Assembly (NCBI GenBank): GCA_023213395.1
Contig: CM041465.1
Location: forward strand, 88,915,741 to 88,979,740
Direction of reading: 5' to 3'
Length of the DNA: 64,000 nucleotides
Source of the DNA: Cycas panzhihuaensis
Taxonomy: Eukaryota > Plantae > Cycadophyta
Of the stretch, positions 38,401 through 50,314 are shown in pieces. Below the pieces are notes generated by a model. It was not told where the DNA came from and ran no database searches. It saw nothing but the letters and a program-made list of their open reading frames with translations. The stretch's first letter is position 1, and each line of letters opens with the position of its first letter. A program made the translations under genes and the position numbers.

Positions 38401-40227
38401 GTATTTGCCTTCTTCACATTCTCCCCCAAGTTCCCACTAATTGAGATATTAACAAATCCCAAGGCAAAATCATTTATGGCTTGAAATTTAGCCTTCTCAC
38501 TGGCAAAGGCAATTGGATCTCGCTGAGAAACATTTCCTTCAACATATGGCCACAACCCATTCATCCGTAACAAGTTGGTCATCTAGTGCTTCTAGGTGCC
38601 ATAATTTTCAACAACGACCAATTTGTCCATTTAGGAGTTGAACAAGTTTCTACCCAACATTCTTGCAAAATTTTCAAAACACTTCAAAAACTGCTAAAAA
38701 ACACAAAACATGTGTTAAATAGCCCAAATACACCACACAAAAGGATTAGTTTATTAATTTTTTTTGTTTTTAGGTCTTTAGTTACTACACATAGCTCTGC
38801 AAAATTAATAAAACCTTGGTCAAAACTTAAGGCACTAGAAAATCACCATATGGCCCTTCTAAAAGAAAGAGAATTTAATTACAAATAAATCTATGCTTTC
38901 AAAATTTAACTCATGCAACCAAACAAGCCAGAAATTGCTTTAGCTTTCTTTCTCCAATTTCACTAAGGGGCTCTAAGTTTTTGGCGCTAAACACTTTTTT
39001 AAAAAATGAACTCCAAAGTTTATTAAAAAAGTAATTTAATGCGAATAAACTTTAGCAAATCGAACAATAATCAATATGGCCTCTGATTTCAAAATTGCAA
39101 AACCTGGAACAGTCTACATGTCTGAGTGACAATTTGCCTTTGCGATTCCCCTCGATTTGCCTCTACCTACTCCACAGGATCACCCAACTCAATGTTTGGC
39201 ATAGTGCCTTAGCCTTTGGCATTGACCATCTCATGGGAGCAACCACGAATATGGCACATAACACCTTCATAATCAACCATAGATTTCTCTAAGTAAACCC
39301 TGCTTCTCCTTTGAAACCACCCACAATGGCATTTGTCCTCATTCACAAAAAGGTGTCTAGCACCTCCAGGTCTTCTTGGCATTCAACTCAACCCTCACAA
39401 GTTTTCTTAGTGCCTCTTCTTCTCAACTCTACTCACAGAGAATCCTTCACACAATAATTCACCACTATGCCCTAGCTAGGCACCTCCACAAATTAGAACA
39501 TACTACTTTGGCACTAAATGGACTAGTTGTGCCTCCTCTAATATTACTCACAAGATTTCAAATTTGAAAAATTCAATTTGAAACAGTCAAACTAAAACAG
39601 AAATAGGCAATTGAAAATTTCACCAACGAATGATCACTAAATTGTATATTAAACTATAGCACTCCATAATTTTCCATGACTTTCAATTTTTTATTTTTTA
39701 TTTTTTGAATTGAATCACCACAGCATACCTAGCAACAAATTGCCTTGGGACTTGAAGTTTGAAAACCCAACAAATTTGAAATTGGTTCTTGAACTCAAAC
39801 CTCAACAATCTTCCACCCACAAAATCTTAGAATTTGGCTTCAAAACTATCACATAAACCTTCAACTCTAGTATCAAATGTAAGTTTAAAAGAAGTGAACT
39901 ACATAAGAATTGCACTCAACATAGGTATAACTAGTAGAATTAGTCGACCTTCGTTAATTTTTGTTCATTAAGAATGCTCTAAGCTCTCTTAGATCTAAGA
40001 TGCTATACAAACATGTACACATCTAAATACAACTCGGGATCAGTAATGGTCAATCAAAACTTGTAAGCACCTTGACACATGTTACACACCCATTAAGGGA
40101 ACATGTAATACCCTCGACATATGTCATCAATTGAGCGATGACTTTATGACTCACCAAACACCCTAAAACCTATGAGGACTTACAACTTTAAGTTCTCACC
40201 CTAGTAGTGTAAGCATTAATTCTAACA
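35413..40227 (-). mobile_element. Ty1/copia element E with internal deletion
   Basis: LTRs 40227-39878 and 35765-35413 (TGTTAG...CTTACA), TSD CCCCA (35408-35412 / 40228-40232), decayed PBS ~39875-39864, PPT 35774-35766. gag from ~38650. Integrase KILRSDKGTEY is joined at ~36930 directly to RT ..KEVYMEQP. RNase H 35760-36281. Confidence 0.93.
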
Positions 40228-40524
40228 CCCCATAATTCTATAATGAATATAGGGAAATCTTTCTCTTCTTCACAACATTTCACATTTTGATATCAATTCT
40301 AGTTAGCTCCTTAACAATTACTCTCATATCTCCATACCATTTAAAAAGGCTATCTTAACTAGCTAGCATCTCTATATTTAATACGATGAAGTCTCTATAA
40401 AAGCATGGCCATCAACAGGGACACATGAATAACCAGTTGTTGTACTTGTTGATTCCTAAGACATGTCTTGGACACATAATTCAGCATTAAGAACTTGCAA
40501 TTACAATATGGAAAGTTTTCCTAA

Positions 40525-40760
40525 GGGCTAACCTCTAATCCTAAAGGTTTATGGTTGACCTGCAACCAATCTTAGTCTTTTCTAGTGGTCTTTTCTAGTG
40601 GTAAATCATATCAAGCATTCTAGTTGATCCACAACTAACAAATCTTAGCTTACCCACAACTAAAGATTTTAGCTTACCTAAAATTGAAGGTTACAACATA
40701 CCTATAACTAAAGGGTTTTTAACTAACCCACAACGGAAGGTTCTTGGTCAAACCTCTAAC
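40525..40760. repeat. degenerate ~24-bp minisatellite (TAGCTTACCCACAACTAAAGRTTT-like)
   Basis: At least 5 consecutive units at 40621-40760, plus related units at 40525-40570. Confidence 0.65.
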
Positions 40761-42055
40761 CATACATCAAATTTGATTCCTTTATTAGCATATGATATTT
40801 ATTTGAACATTCACATGAGAGCATAATAAGAAGGAGATTTTCATGTCATTACATTAGAGCAATATTAGTCAAATTTGGAACTGGCCACAACTTATATTGT
40901 TGCCTTTCTTCACACATATGCACATTGTCCAACTTCAAATTAGGTGATGTCCATATAAGAGAACAACCACATGCCAGTGTACATGGGCGACCAACCATTG
41001 TGTTCACAAATGCAATAAGAGATCTCTCATGTACATAGTTCATCATCTACAATCCACATTGTTAGCTTAGAACTTGTGATGTTGATTGCAACTTTATTTT
41101 GTTGCCTGATCTTTGGCAAATCTTTCGCCTTACTTGAGGAGAGAATAATGTTGTTGTAACTTCTACAACTAGGGGAGCTAACCTCATCCCCTAATTAGTG
41201 ACTTATCTCAAATACACTAGATCTTCTTTAAGATGATTTAGCGGTCAACCTCTTTTGGGTCTCGTATAGCTAACAAGGCCTCAACAAGTCTTACATATCC
41301 TAAGGGTTTTGGCAAGGTGAAGAATTCCACCTCTTGCAATGTCACTGCAGGTCTTACATGTTGTTATGCTTTTGCAAGTCTTACATGAGCTTGTACCTAC
41401 AAATCCATTTCACTTCTATCAACTTCTTGTGACTAGGGCTTAATAAAATAACATGCAATTGATGTCTCCTTTCCTCTATGTAACGACACATTAAAATTTC
41501 TCTCGCGTCTAGGCTTATCTTAGTTGCTTCCCTCCTTCAAAGTCTCTACTTCAAGTCTAGACAGATGAGCAATAAAATTTCTCATCCATGTATTATAATA
41601 TTATGTAACGTATTGCATTTTTATGCTAAGTTTACTTCAGTTATAAATGACTCAAGTTAGGTTTGGAGAGGCTAAGTAAGCTGGCTGAATTTGTCAAGTT
41701 AGTTAGTTGGCTGGTTGGCCAAGTAGTTTTAAGTTGTTCAACTGCCCTCTTCTTAAATAGAGAAGAGCATTTTTATTGCATAGGTGTGAGTGAATGTATG
41801 ATCATTCCAATATACTTGGAGATAACAAAAGAGTACTCTTAAGACAATCTCTCTTTGACAATCCCTCTCAAGCATTAGCTTGAGTGCCATATTATGTTTT
41901 AGCAAAATAGGTCTTCACCGTTGCTTACACAAAATTCTTCCAAACACCCAAAGGAGGATAACTTTCTTCTAGGCACAACAATCAACATCCGACAACACAT
42001 CATAGACCATTCTAGTGTACCACGTAGAGGCTTTCTTTTTCTGAGGTTCCAACAT

Positions 42056-42594
42056 GCTTTGATACCAAAATTTGTGATCAAAACCAAAGTGGGGTCATCA
42101 GCCTTGATACCCAAACTACAGCTAATTTGAGCCACAAGTCAGCTTTGATACCAAAAGTTTATGATCCCAAAGGTTATGAATTGAGGCCCTGACACTTTTC
42201 AACGACTTGTTCGACTCCCTTTGGATTCTTCCTAAAAGAACTGAGAGTCCAAGTAGTAAGTTGAGGCTTCAATTTCAGTATACCCTAACAACAAGCTTTC
42301 CATGGGAGAAGAGTGCACATAATTCAAATGACATACTTGAGAGGACTTCCCACATCACAAATAAAGTTGTTTTTATTAATATGACAAGAACACCTTCCAA
42401 GGAAACTTTTGAAGGAGCCCTAGAGGAGGTGGAAGCCATTACAGTGTATAACAGGATGTGCACAAGCCTATCTTATTCCTCACTCCTTTCTATTTAATCT
42501 CCTCTTAGCTTTTATAGCCTTCTTAGGAGTAGTCATTGTTGGAGATGTCCATTAGTTCTAATTGCTTCTTGGCCCTTGTTCCATTGAATTAACA
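42056..42594 (-). mobile_element. LTR (42594 to ~42160) followed by three PBS-like motifs
   Basis: Starts TGTTAATTC (42594); CTATAAAAG TATA at ~42508-42516. TGGTATCAAAGC at 42153-42142 and 42067-42056, and GGGTATCAAGGC at 42112-42101. Confidence 0.7.
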
Positions 42595-44002
42595 GCTAGC
42601 CTTTATAAATGTGGCTCTGCATGCATTTTGGTGGGAACAAATCCTAGGTCCAAAGACACAGAGTGCTGTGAGTTTACCAATTTTCCTGGACACCAGAACT
42701 ACATGGAACTGATTAAGACAACATGAACTAACGTTGATTGTTGATATAGTGTTAATTAACTAAAATCAAGCTCATTAATACAATTTTCATTTACCCCTAA
42801 TCTACATGAACCTGATAAACACCAGGCTTATATGAAATTGTTTTTTATTATTTATTTCTGTTAATTAATAACTTCACACTTTTCAAACATGCATTTGGAA
42901 TACCCAGCATTTTCAGTCTGAGACTGCCTACTTGGAAGCTCCAAAAGGTTTGGAAATGACAATACCCTAGACTGAAAAAGGCTTGCCTAATATCCAGTGT
43001 AAATGTAAACTAAATCAGCAGCCATGAATAAAAATTCGGACGATTGAAAATATACTGCATGCTGCAGCAGCAAACTACCTGCCTACCAAGATGTTTATCA
43101 GATCAGATCCAGAAGGGTTTATTACATCTTTCTACAATTGCTACCCTCTAGGCTGGCATAATTAAGCCCACTTCCAAACGGCTGATAAATTATGACAACA
43201 TTCAGTAATGACTGGACGATAGCTTTGCACTAAATTCCATTAGCTGATTCTGTCCACAACATTAACTGATTATACTTCAACTTACTGAAATAGCAACCAA
43301 ACTTAAGAACCTGGGCCTAGGTTATAGGATTCTGCGTCAGTGTTACATTCACCTTGGCATGAGGGCCCATGTTCTGTATATAAAATAATGACCGCGCCAA
43401 CTAACCTCTAGACCGAACCCACTATTGTCAAGGAATGCATCTGAAGGAAACCTAGATCATAGGGATCAAAGTGCCAAAGAGACCGATTCCCTAAACATGT
43501 ATGCCGACCTGACATGCGCAGGGTCCTATGCACATGTGACCCCAATGCGAGTGGAAGTCCTTACCTCGTAAGACGCAGCCAATGGCTTTTGCCAACCAAA
43601 CCTGCTTTTGTCTCGATGAAATCACCTCTCGGGGGGGCTGGAAGAGCACGCACTGACTTAATGCGCACGAAATTTTTAGACCGGTCTCTCTAATCAATCA
43701 AAAACCAGAAAAACTAAAAATTATCACTTGACAACAAAAAAAACTCTGAGATTTAACAATACAAGCTTGTGCAACAAATCTTATGAATTTATCAAAATAT
43801 TTGCATTGCATTAAGGAAGGCACCAAATAACCTGTGTTCTGAAAATGAAGTTTCCAGGACAATGACCATTTCGCACGGTCTGTCATGCATGACCCATTAT
43901 TACAAGATTTGGTTCCAGAATAACAGTCTTAGCAAAGTGGGCACGAGCCCGGATGGAAAGTCTTAGCTCAGGGGATGGCCGGCTTCTATAATTAAAAATT
44001 AC

Positions 44003-44246
44003 CTTCATAAAGGCACTTTCGTAGCATTCGCTCCAAAATCTTAAGGCAAGTAAGATCATCATCAACGACCAATATTCGAAGCCCTGCGGGGAACTGATCG
44101 GAGACGCCTTCCACTCCAGTAGGACTGCCACTCGAAAAGCTGTTAACCGTGTTCGCGCTGGAATACGCCAATTTCTGCATTACATTAGTCTCTTGCTTTG
44201 CTTCTGCCAAACCCTGCGGGCATTCAAATGCGGAGCCTGATCCCAT
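44003..44246 (-). CDS. ARR-B: type-B cytokinin response regulator (ARR1/ARR2-like), first coding exon: N-terminus of the receiver domain
   Basis: MGSGSAFE...[34 protein letters not shown] matches the [25 protein letters not shown] signature of type-B ARRs. ATG at 44246; 81 codons +1 nt, then a phase-1 GT donor at the family-typical position. No stops. Confidence 0.93.
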
Positions 44247-44278
44247 GCCCAAATCTAGATCCGAGACAACCGTAATGG

Positions 44279-44305
44279 CTAGGTAAAATAAAATTAAAAA
44301 GCGCT
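44279..44305 (-). other. splice acceptor of a 5'-UTR intron (exon begins at 44278)
   Basis: Minus strand TTTTTAATTTTATTTTACCTAG|CCATTACGG, 32 nt before the ATG. The matching donor was not identified (candidates ~44555, ~44627). Confidence 0.6.
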
Positions 44306-44559
44306 TTATGAAAAGGAAATTACAGCAGTAACAACAAATAATAATGCTAATGAATGACCAAGGAAATTGAAGGGCAACGCATTGTGGTTGGAAAATCCGC
44401 GGTAAGGATAAAACGGCCCATCCCAGGAAAGTGTAAAAATGAAAAACAAAGTCCAGATGAACTTCGCAAAATCTTCTGAAACCCCATTCTAGTAAGAAAA
44501 ATCATTTGTTGTGGACATTTATCTGAATTTAACTGAAAATACGAGAAAGGGAACCTAGA

Positions 44560-45300
44560 GAAAACTCTCTAAATTTGACTCAAAATACGCGAGGAAATTA
44601 GTCGATGAAAACACGGGGGAGAGATACGTGGAGGCAAATTCCAATATTCACTGCGCCGCTGAGTGTCGTTTGGCACCGAATTGGAGTTCGCCTTCTAAGG
44701 TGACAGGATTCGAACCCTGGATCGCTGGTGATGGACCGATCCAGCGCACATATATGCTGACATGCAACAACCACCAACGCCAAGGAAAATGCATGAATGA
44801 ATGAATGAATGGTACGGTCCTCACATCGCTCAGACTGATGAGAGACAACGTTATTTGACGGGAAATTATCCGTTCCCGTCGGTAGATGGTTGGTCATTTC
44901 GGATTCCGTCCGGAGGCCTGTTTGGATTAAAGGACGGGAAATAAAACATCTGCCGACTGACAGCTTTCCAACCGCTGGCGTGTGTGCACTTTTTACTCAA
45001 AGGTGAATTGCCATGTGAACGGCGTGACGGTTTGCGATTCGATCAGGCGGGCGGTTTGGTTGTACCCGTGCAAAATAGAAGCGTGAACGCGGTTTTTATG
45101 TCGGACCGTCGCCGCTATTTTTAGCAGAATAGAATTTTAGCCAGCCCGAACTCTATCTAGGACGGTAGTCAAGTCCCCACCGAAGTATATGCCTAACGTG
45201 GGGCTTGGGGCATGTATCCACGGCCTTCACTAAAGGTTGTAATTGGCGAGCGTAATTGTAACGTGCTATGCATTATTGCCATATATTCGTGGACATTTCC
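44560..45300 (-). promoter_or_regulatory. CpG-retaining promoter / 5'-UTR region of the response regulator
   Basis: Markedly higher GC and CpG density than the flanking TE DNA, immediately upstream of the exon. The TSS cannot be determined. Confidence 0.6.
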
Positions 45301-46479
45301 CTCCAAAAGCAAGGTTTTCTTTCTACTTTCCTTCTAGGGAAACAGATGGGCACATAGCATCCAGCATAGCATTTGACATGGGCAATTCACTTGATAGGTT
45401 TCAAGGAGGGAGGCTTTCATATTTCTATTAGTGAATTTTAGATGCTAAAATAGTCCCATAGGGTTTAGATTTCTCTCGCAAAGACGAAAGATGGAAGTAG
45501 AAAAGAGATAGAAACTTGCCCATGCGATTATTGAATTAAAAATAATGTCTAATGGAATGTTGGGATAAAATCAAGGAGTTTGATGTAATGAATGGAACTT
45601 AAGCCTTGCTTAGAAGTTGCCCACTAGAATTTCAAAAGTGTCCCAACTCTAGTAATAAGTAATAAGAGTCATCCTAAAGTGTGGGGGCTAGGTAAGATTG
45701 TTTTTTATCTTGTCATATTCCCCTCTTGCATCTCCACAAGACCACAGGGTCCTTACAATGTGTAGCTTAGCCCCACCTTGGGAATGTCCTTATAGCTTAT
45801 GTAGGAGTTGAAATAGGTTTTAAAATCAGGCATATTAATAGTGATAAGATTACAAAGTAGCAATACATTTGACCTCACAAAGTCTAATAAATTGTAGAGT
45901 TATAACCTCTAATAATCTAAAAATGAGTGTCCAATAAGAGGACTTATTAAGGTCAAGTATAGTGCTCATTTCTCCCATACTTTCAATCTTGTTGACAATA
46001 TAGAGACATACATGAGACCACTATTATTTTATTAGTTTATACTCCATCATATAACATGTGGAACCAACTTAAATCATTGATGAGCTTGATAAGCATTTTA
46101 CATCACATAGGAATACATAAAGTAATGTAGCTTGAATAACCAGACATCTACAATGTCCTAGGGCTAATCAAAGGTTTCAAATCCATGGAGATATAGGGGA
46201 TGTGTTTAGATAATAGGACTCAATGTCCACCAACGACTACCCCTATAAGAGTACTTGAGCCTCAATACCTTGTTAGGTTTATAGCCAAGTTTTCTTTACA
46301 TTAATTTTAAGAGTTTATAAGACCTTAAATTCGTGCCATTCTCATATGAAAGAAAACCAATGTGTTGTTGATATCATGATTATTGTCATTGTCCTATACT
46401 AATAAAAGTAACATATGGGTGCACACGTGCATATTACCTATGACACAACAATGATAATTATCAAGAGTAAGCAATATCA

Positions 46480-46850
46480 ACCGTGAATAATGTAACTATT
46501 GCTAATATTTTTTTACCACAGGGCTTGCATTCAATATGGATCAAGTTGTAAGAATAACACTTCCAATAATGCTGACAATATATATATTAAGGCCTTCAAT
46601 ACTTAACTAGATTTTGCATCTCCAAAAAAGAAAGATAGGGTACAATAATAGAGTTGTTAATAATAAATGTATTGTACTTGTGTCTGTGGCTTAAGTATTT
46701 GATCTTAATGGGTGTATTCACTTTTCCATCAATTAACATGGATAATGTTTTACAAAGAAAATTAATAATCAATGATAATTCCCTGTTAATTTGAGGGCTT
46801 AATAAAATTGTTTTCCATCTATTAGGAGAGGGAGGAATTAAGTATAATCC
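46480..46850 (-). mobile_element. possible highly decayed LINE RNase H-like remnant
   Basis: 'IPPSPNRWK..F' and 'IEG...IV.II' weakly resemble the W.PP....K.NFDG and IEGDS motifs. Confidence 0.25.
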
Positions 46851-49721
46851 AAGTATTCTTTTTTTTTTTTTTTTCATAAATGAAATTACTATAAATTAAA
46901 ATATGTGTACAATAGGAGAGAGTTATTGAGAGTGGATCTCAGAAAGAATAGGAGGGCTACTTATACATCATTTTTTATATTTTTAGTTTTGATTTTTGGA
47001 ATTTTATAAATGTAAAATCATATTCTTAAGTGACATGTAACAAACATGTTATTAACTCATAATGGAGAGGACAAAATATAATAATAGGTGTAAATAGGGA
47101 ACAAAGGATCACCCTTTTCTCGGTGTGACTAATATATCTTTACTATTGACCTTGAATATAATTCTATTCATCCTTTTTATATATGTCAACATCGATTCAT
47201 TAGGTTAGCATGCTAAGTCAAGCATATTACACATCCTACTAAGAACAAACCCCTTAGAGATGATTATATTAGGCATTGCTCCAAATGCATTGTGTGTTAT
47301 CATACTTATGAAGGGGAACCATGACCTGTAAATTTTTTTTTACAATTGACCTTCACTAATAGAGTTCATCTCTATCATCATTGCCATGGGCTCTTAAGCC
47401 AACAACAAATTGCTCTTATGTATTTAATTCCACATGGAAGCCCCACCAAGTCCCTTTGCATTCACCTCTAACAATTGGTGTCATTTAGATGTTGACTCTT
47501 AATTCTCAAATCATAAGTTATCAAAAGTGATCACTTGTATATTTTTAGCATAACTTGTCCCATCTCTAATAATTCAAGTCATATATAAATTTACTATTTG
47601 TTCATAAAGGCACAAGTTAGAAATGATGCTTTGGTCAATTTGATCTGTCTAGCATAACAAATATGGAAAAGCAAAATATTAAGTGGAAGAGAATTAAAGA
47701 TAAGCAATCAAATGCAACCTTCAATGGCTTGTCAATAGGACTTTCGTGCATTAAAAATGTGTGCCCTACCACAACTTCGTATCTTTATCCAACTTTACAC
47801 TCGAATCATGATGTCGTTGCTTATAATTCTTACATGAGAGATAGTTATATATATATAGATAGATAATAATATTGTTGATTATTCTCCTAAAGCTCTCACA
47901 CAAGTAACTTATAAATTATGTTGGAACTTGAAAATAAAAGGAGGTATAAAGCTATGCCATGGCATTTATAGTGTTCATGTTTGAAGTAAATGTAAAATTC
48001 TATAGGTTAGAGCATTCCCCAAGGCTCTAGAGAAGCATTGCATCCCTTTTATTAGGGCATTTAATTCGAATGTGGAGACTAGACACATTATGCTTAAAGA
48101 TGAAGAATCTTTAACACTAAAATGTTTTGTCCTTTTTACATGTATGGCAAGCAAAAGACACATGAATGAAAGTGTTAATCAAGATGGTAAAAGGAAAGTA
48201 AGGAAGTTTGAGAAAATAAGGAACAGAGGTAAGTGTTCTATTTTTTATTTTAATACTTTATAATATATAATTCTAATAGATTTATTCTAAAACTCTATTT
48301 ATATTTAATGTACTTCAAGTTGATACCATAACCTAGTTCTCACTAATATATTATCCTTTAGTTTATAATATAATTCTTTAATTTCTATTTTAGCTCAAAT
48401 ATTATCTTAACCCTACTAAGTTCCTATGGGATTTGAATATTTATCAACCACTAAGCCCAATCTCCCCTTTACCATTTGGTTTAATCTTGGGAACTAAATT
48501 ATATATTAACTACATCTATTATTCGGCTAGTTTCTTCAACCACCCTTTAGAAGAGTTATATATATTGAGTTCTTAGTCTCCTAGTCATCCCATGACATGA
48601 TTACATGAGCAGTGAAGAGAGCTTATTGATTATATCATCACATCATTTAATTAAGTATTATACCTAATCTTAGTTCCATTGTTTACATTGTATTTGTCAT
48701 ATCTCATTACCCTTATATAAAGTATTATGATCATGTTTTATTACATCACATGTCTTATATCACTAATGTTATTATATGGTCCTTATATAGTCTTCTGTCT
48801 TACTTCTACTTTAGGTGCACATGTTTGATAATTTATTTTTCACTAGGCAATTACCAATGCTCATTTATGGGTGTTGTGTGATATCCCATTTTGATACAAT
48901 TCCTTATGTGGTGTGTTTACTTAAATGAACTTGATATTAGATCATGTGCCATGATTTATGATGCATGAACATGTTCTGTGATTCATATTATGATACATAT
49001 CCATGGGTAAATCAATTACGTATAACTATAGTAAGACATGATATGGTGAAGGATTATCAAGGCATATATATGCCAAATGACATATGTTGTAAGGGATTGA
49101 ATATGTGTTATATGATATATAATAAGTGCAAATTACATAATAGTCTAAGTTTGTTAATTAGTAATATAGGGATAGGTTATATAGACTATAAGAATTAATT
49201 TTATAAGACATGGATTATAAGTGATATCATGGAAAATGCCATATATAACTCACAATACAACATGTGTGCCATGACAAAGTTATAAATGCAAGGAAAAATA
49301 ATAAATAATGTTTGTTACGTATAAGCATTTAATTATAATTCATTATGTGGTATATGTATAATATACATGTATTGTCTATTGACACTCATGTGGAGGACAT
49401 CTTAAATATTTGATATGCTTATAATTAATTCTAATAAATTTTGACAAGGTTTTGAGTCTTTCCTTAAAGAACCCAAAAAATAGGTAGTGTTTCCCTAAAA
49501 ATTGATGCCATTAAGCTTAATTTATCTTAAAGATATTTTTGATGACTTTTAAATATCGTAGGCTAACTCCTATTCAAATTTGACATGAAATAGATATATA
49601 AAAACCTATTTCTTCTACTTCATTTAATCACTACTACTTTTAGAGAAAATATACCTTAATAAAGAGAAGATTTATATAAGAAGGAGAAGGCAGTCATATG
49701 TTACCTTTTTTTTTTTCATTC

Positions 49722-50314
49722 TAATGAGGGCAGCCTACAAGGAAAAGATTCTATATCACATGCACAAAACCTAAAAAAATTAGAAAGAGCCAAAGAAAAA
49801 GTTCAAAGAATAGTCTTTACTTCGAATTCCATTCAAATCTACTAAAATATAGTCTAAAATTACATTTATATAAGTAAAAGTGGGAAGTCTAGAAACTTCT
49901 AACCCTAGCCCTAAAATTATTTAATTATGTAAAATACTATGTAATTTCATGTTTCTAAGTTAATTCCTACTAAGAAAAGCTAAACCACTAAGGGTCATTA
50001 CATTAAAGTGATAATTAGTTTAAAATTAACTACTATTTTTAAACATGCAAAATAAATATGAATTTGTAGGTATTTTTGGAGTATTTTTTGGTAGGTAAAC
50101 ATCAGGCCTATTACGGGCTTTTGGCCTTATCTTAGGCTATTTTTGCATCTTCTTCGTAGATAGACTTTCGATTTGGCACTCGTAGGATTGAATTTTAACC
50201 ACTGAGTCAAAAGTTATGCTTAAATCAATAGACCCTAAACTTTAAAGCAAAATAACTAAAAAAAAATTGAAAAATAGATGGAGTTATGATGAAGGTCTAG
50301 ATGCTCCTATATCA
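49722..50314 (-). repeat. 3' LTR of gypsy I
   Basis: Direct repeat of 62746-63357, preceded on the minus strand by the PPT. Confidence 0.92.

Larger units (their letters stand above)
1..44002 (-). other. giant TE-filled intron of the type-B response regulator (at least 44 kb, continues past window start)
   Basis: Canonical donor GAAG|GTAATT at 44003/44002. No sequence encoding the next conserved exon (VTTC..A..AL..L...FD.VISDV.MPDMDGFKLLE) was found by eye in 1-44002. Confidence 0.65.

Noticed and set aside
42056-42153. CRISPR array
   Set aside because: The repeats are only 12 bp and equal the tRNA-iMet PBS; the context is eukaryotic with no cas genes.
34495-42594. 34.5-35.0 kb and 42.1-42.6 kb repeats as the LTR pair of one element
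   Set aside because: Both copies are followed by the same post-LTR leader sequence, there is no PPT before the left copy, and there is no TSD; they are more likely two separate 5' ends.
42600-43990. second exon of the response regulator
   Set aside because: No frame yields the conserved ISDV.MPDMDG or KP motifs; interpreted as non-repetitive intron sequence.
43992-44252. 86-aa single-exon ORF as called by the ORF track
   Set aside because: The track starts at TTG and reads into the intron (GNF*); the supported CDS is ATG 44246 to donor 44003.
44690-44785. functional tRNA gene
   Set aside because: The B box is present, but acceptor stem, D arm and anticodon arm cannot be formed; kept only as a tRNA/SINE-like finding.
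44915-44927. Tourist/PIF MITE terminal repeat (GGCCTGTTTGGAT)
   Set aside because: No matching inverted copy or TTA/TAA TSD pair was found nearby.
47200-49700. host gene or identifiable TE protein upstream of the promoter
   Set aside because: Only short AT-rich ORFs without recognisable motifs; no call can be supported by eye.
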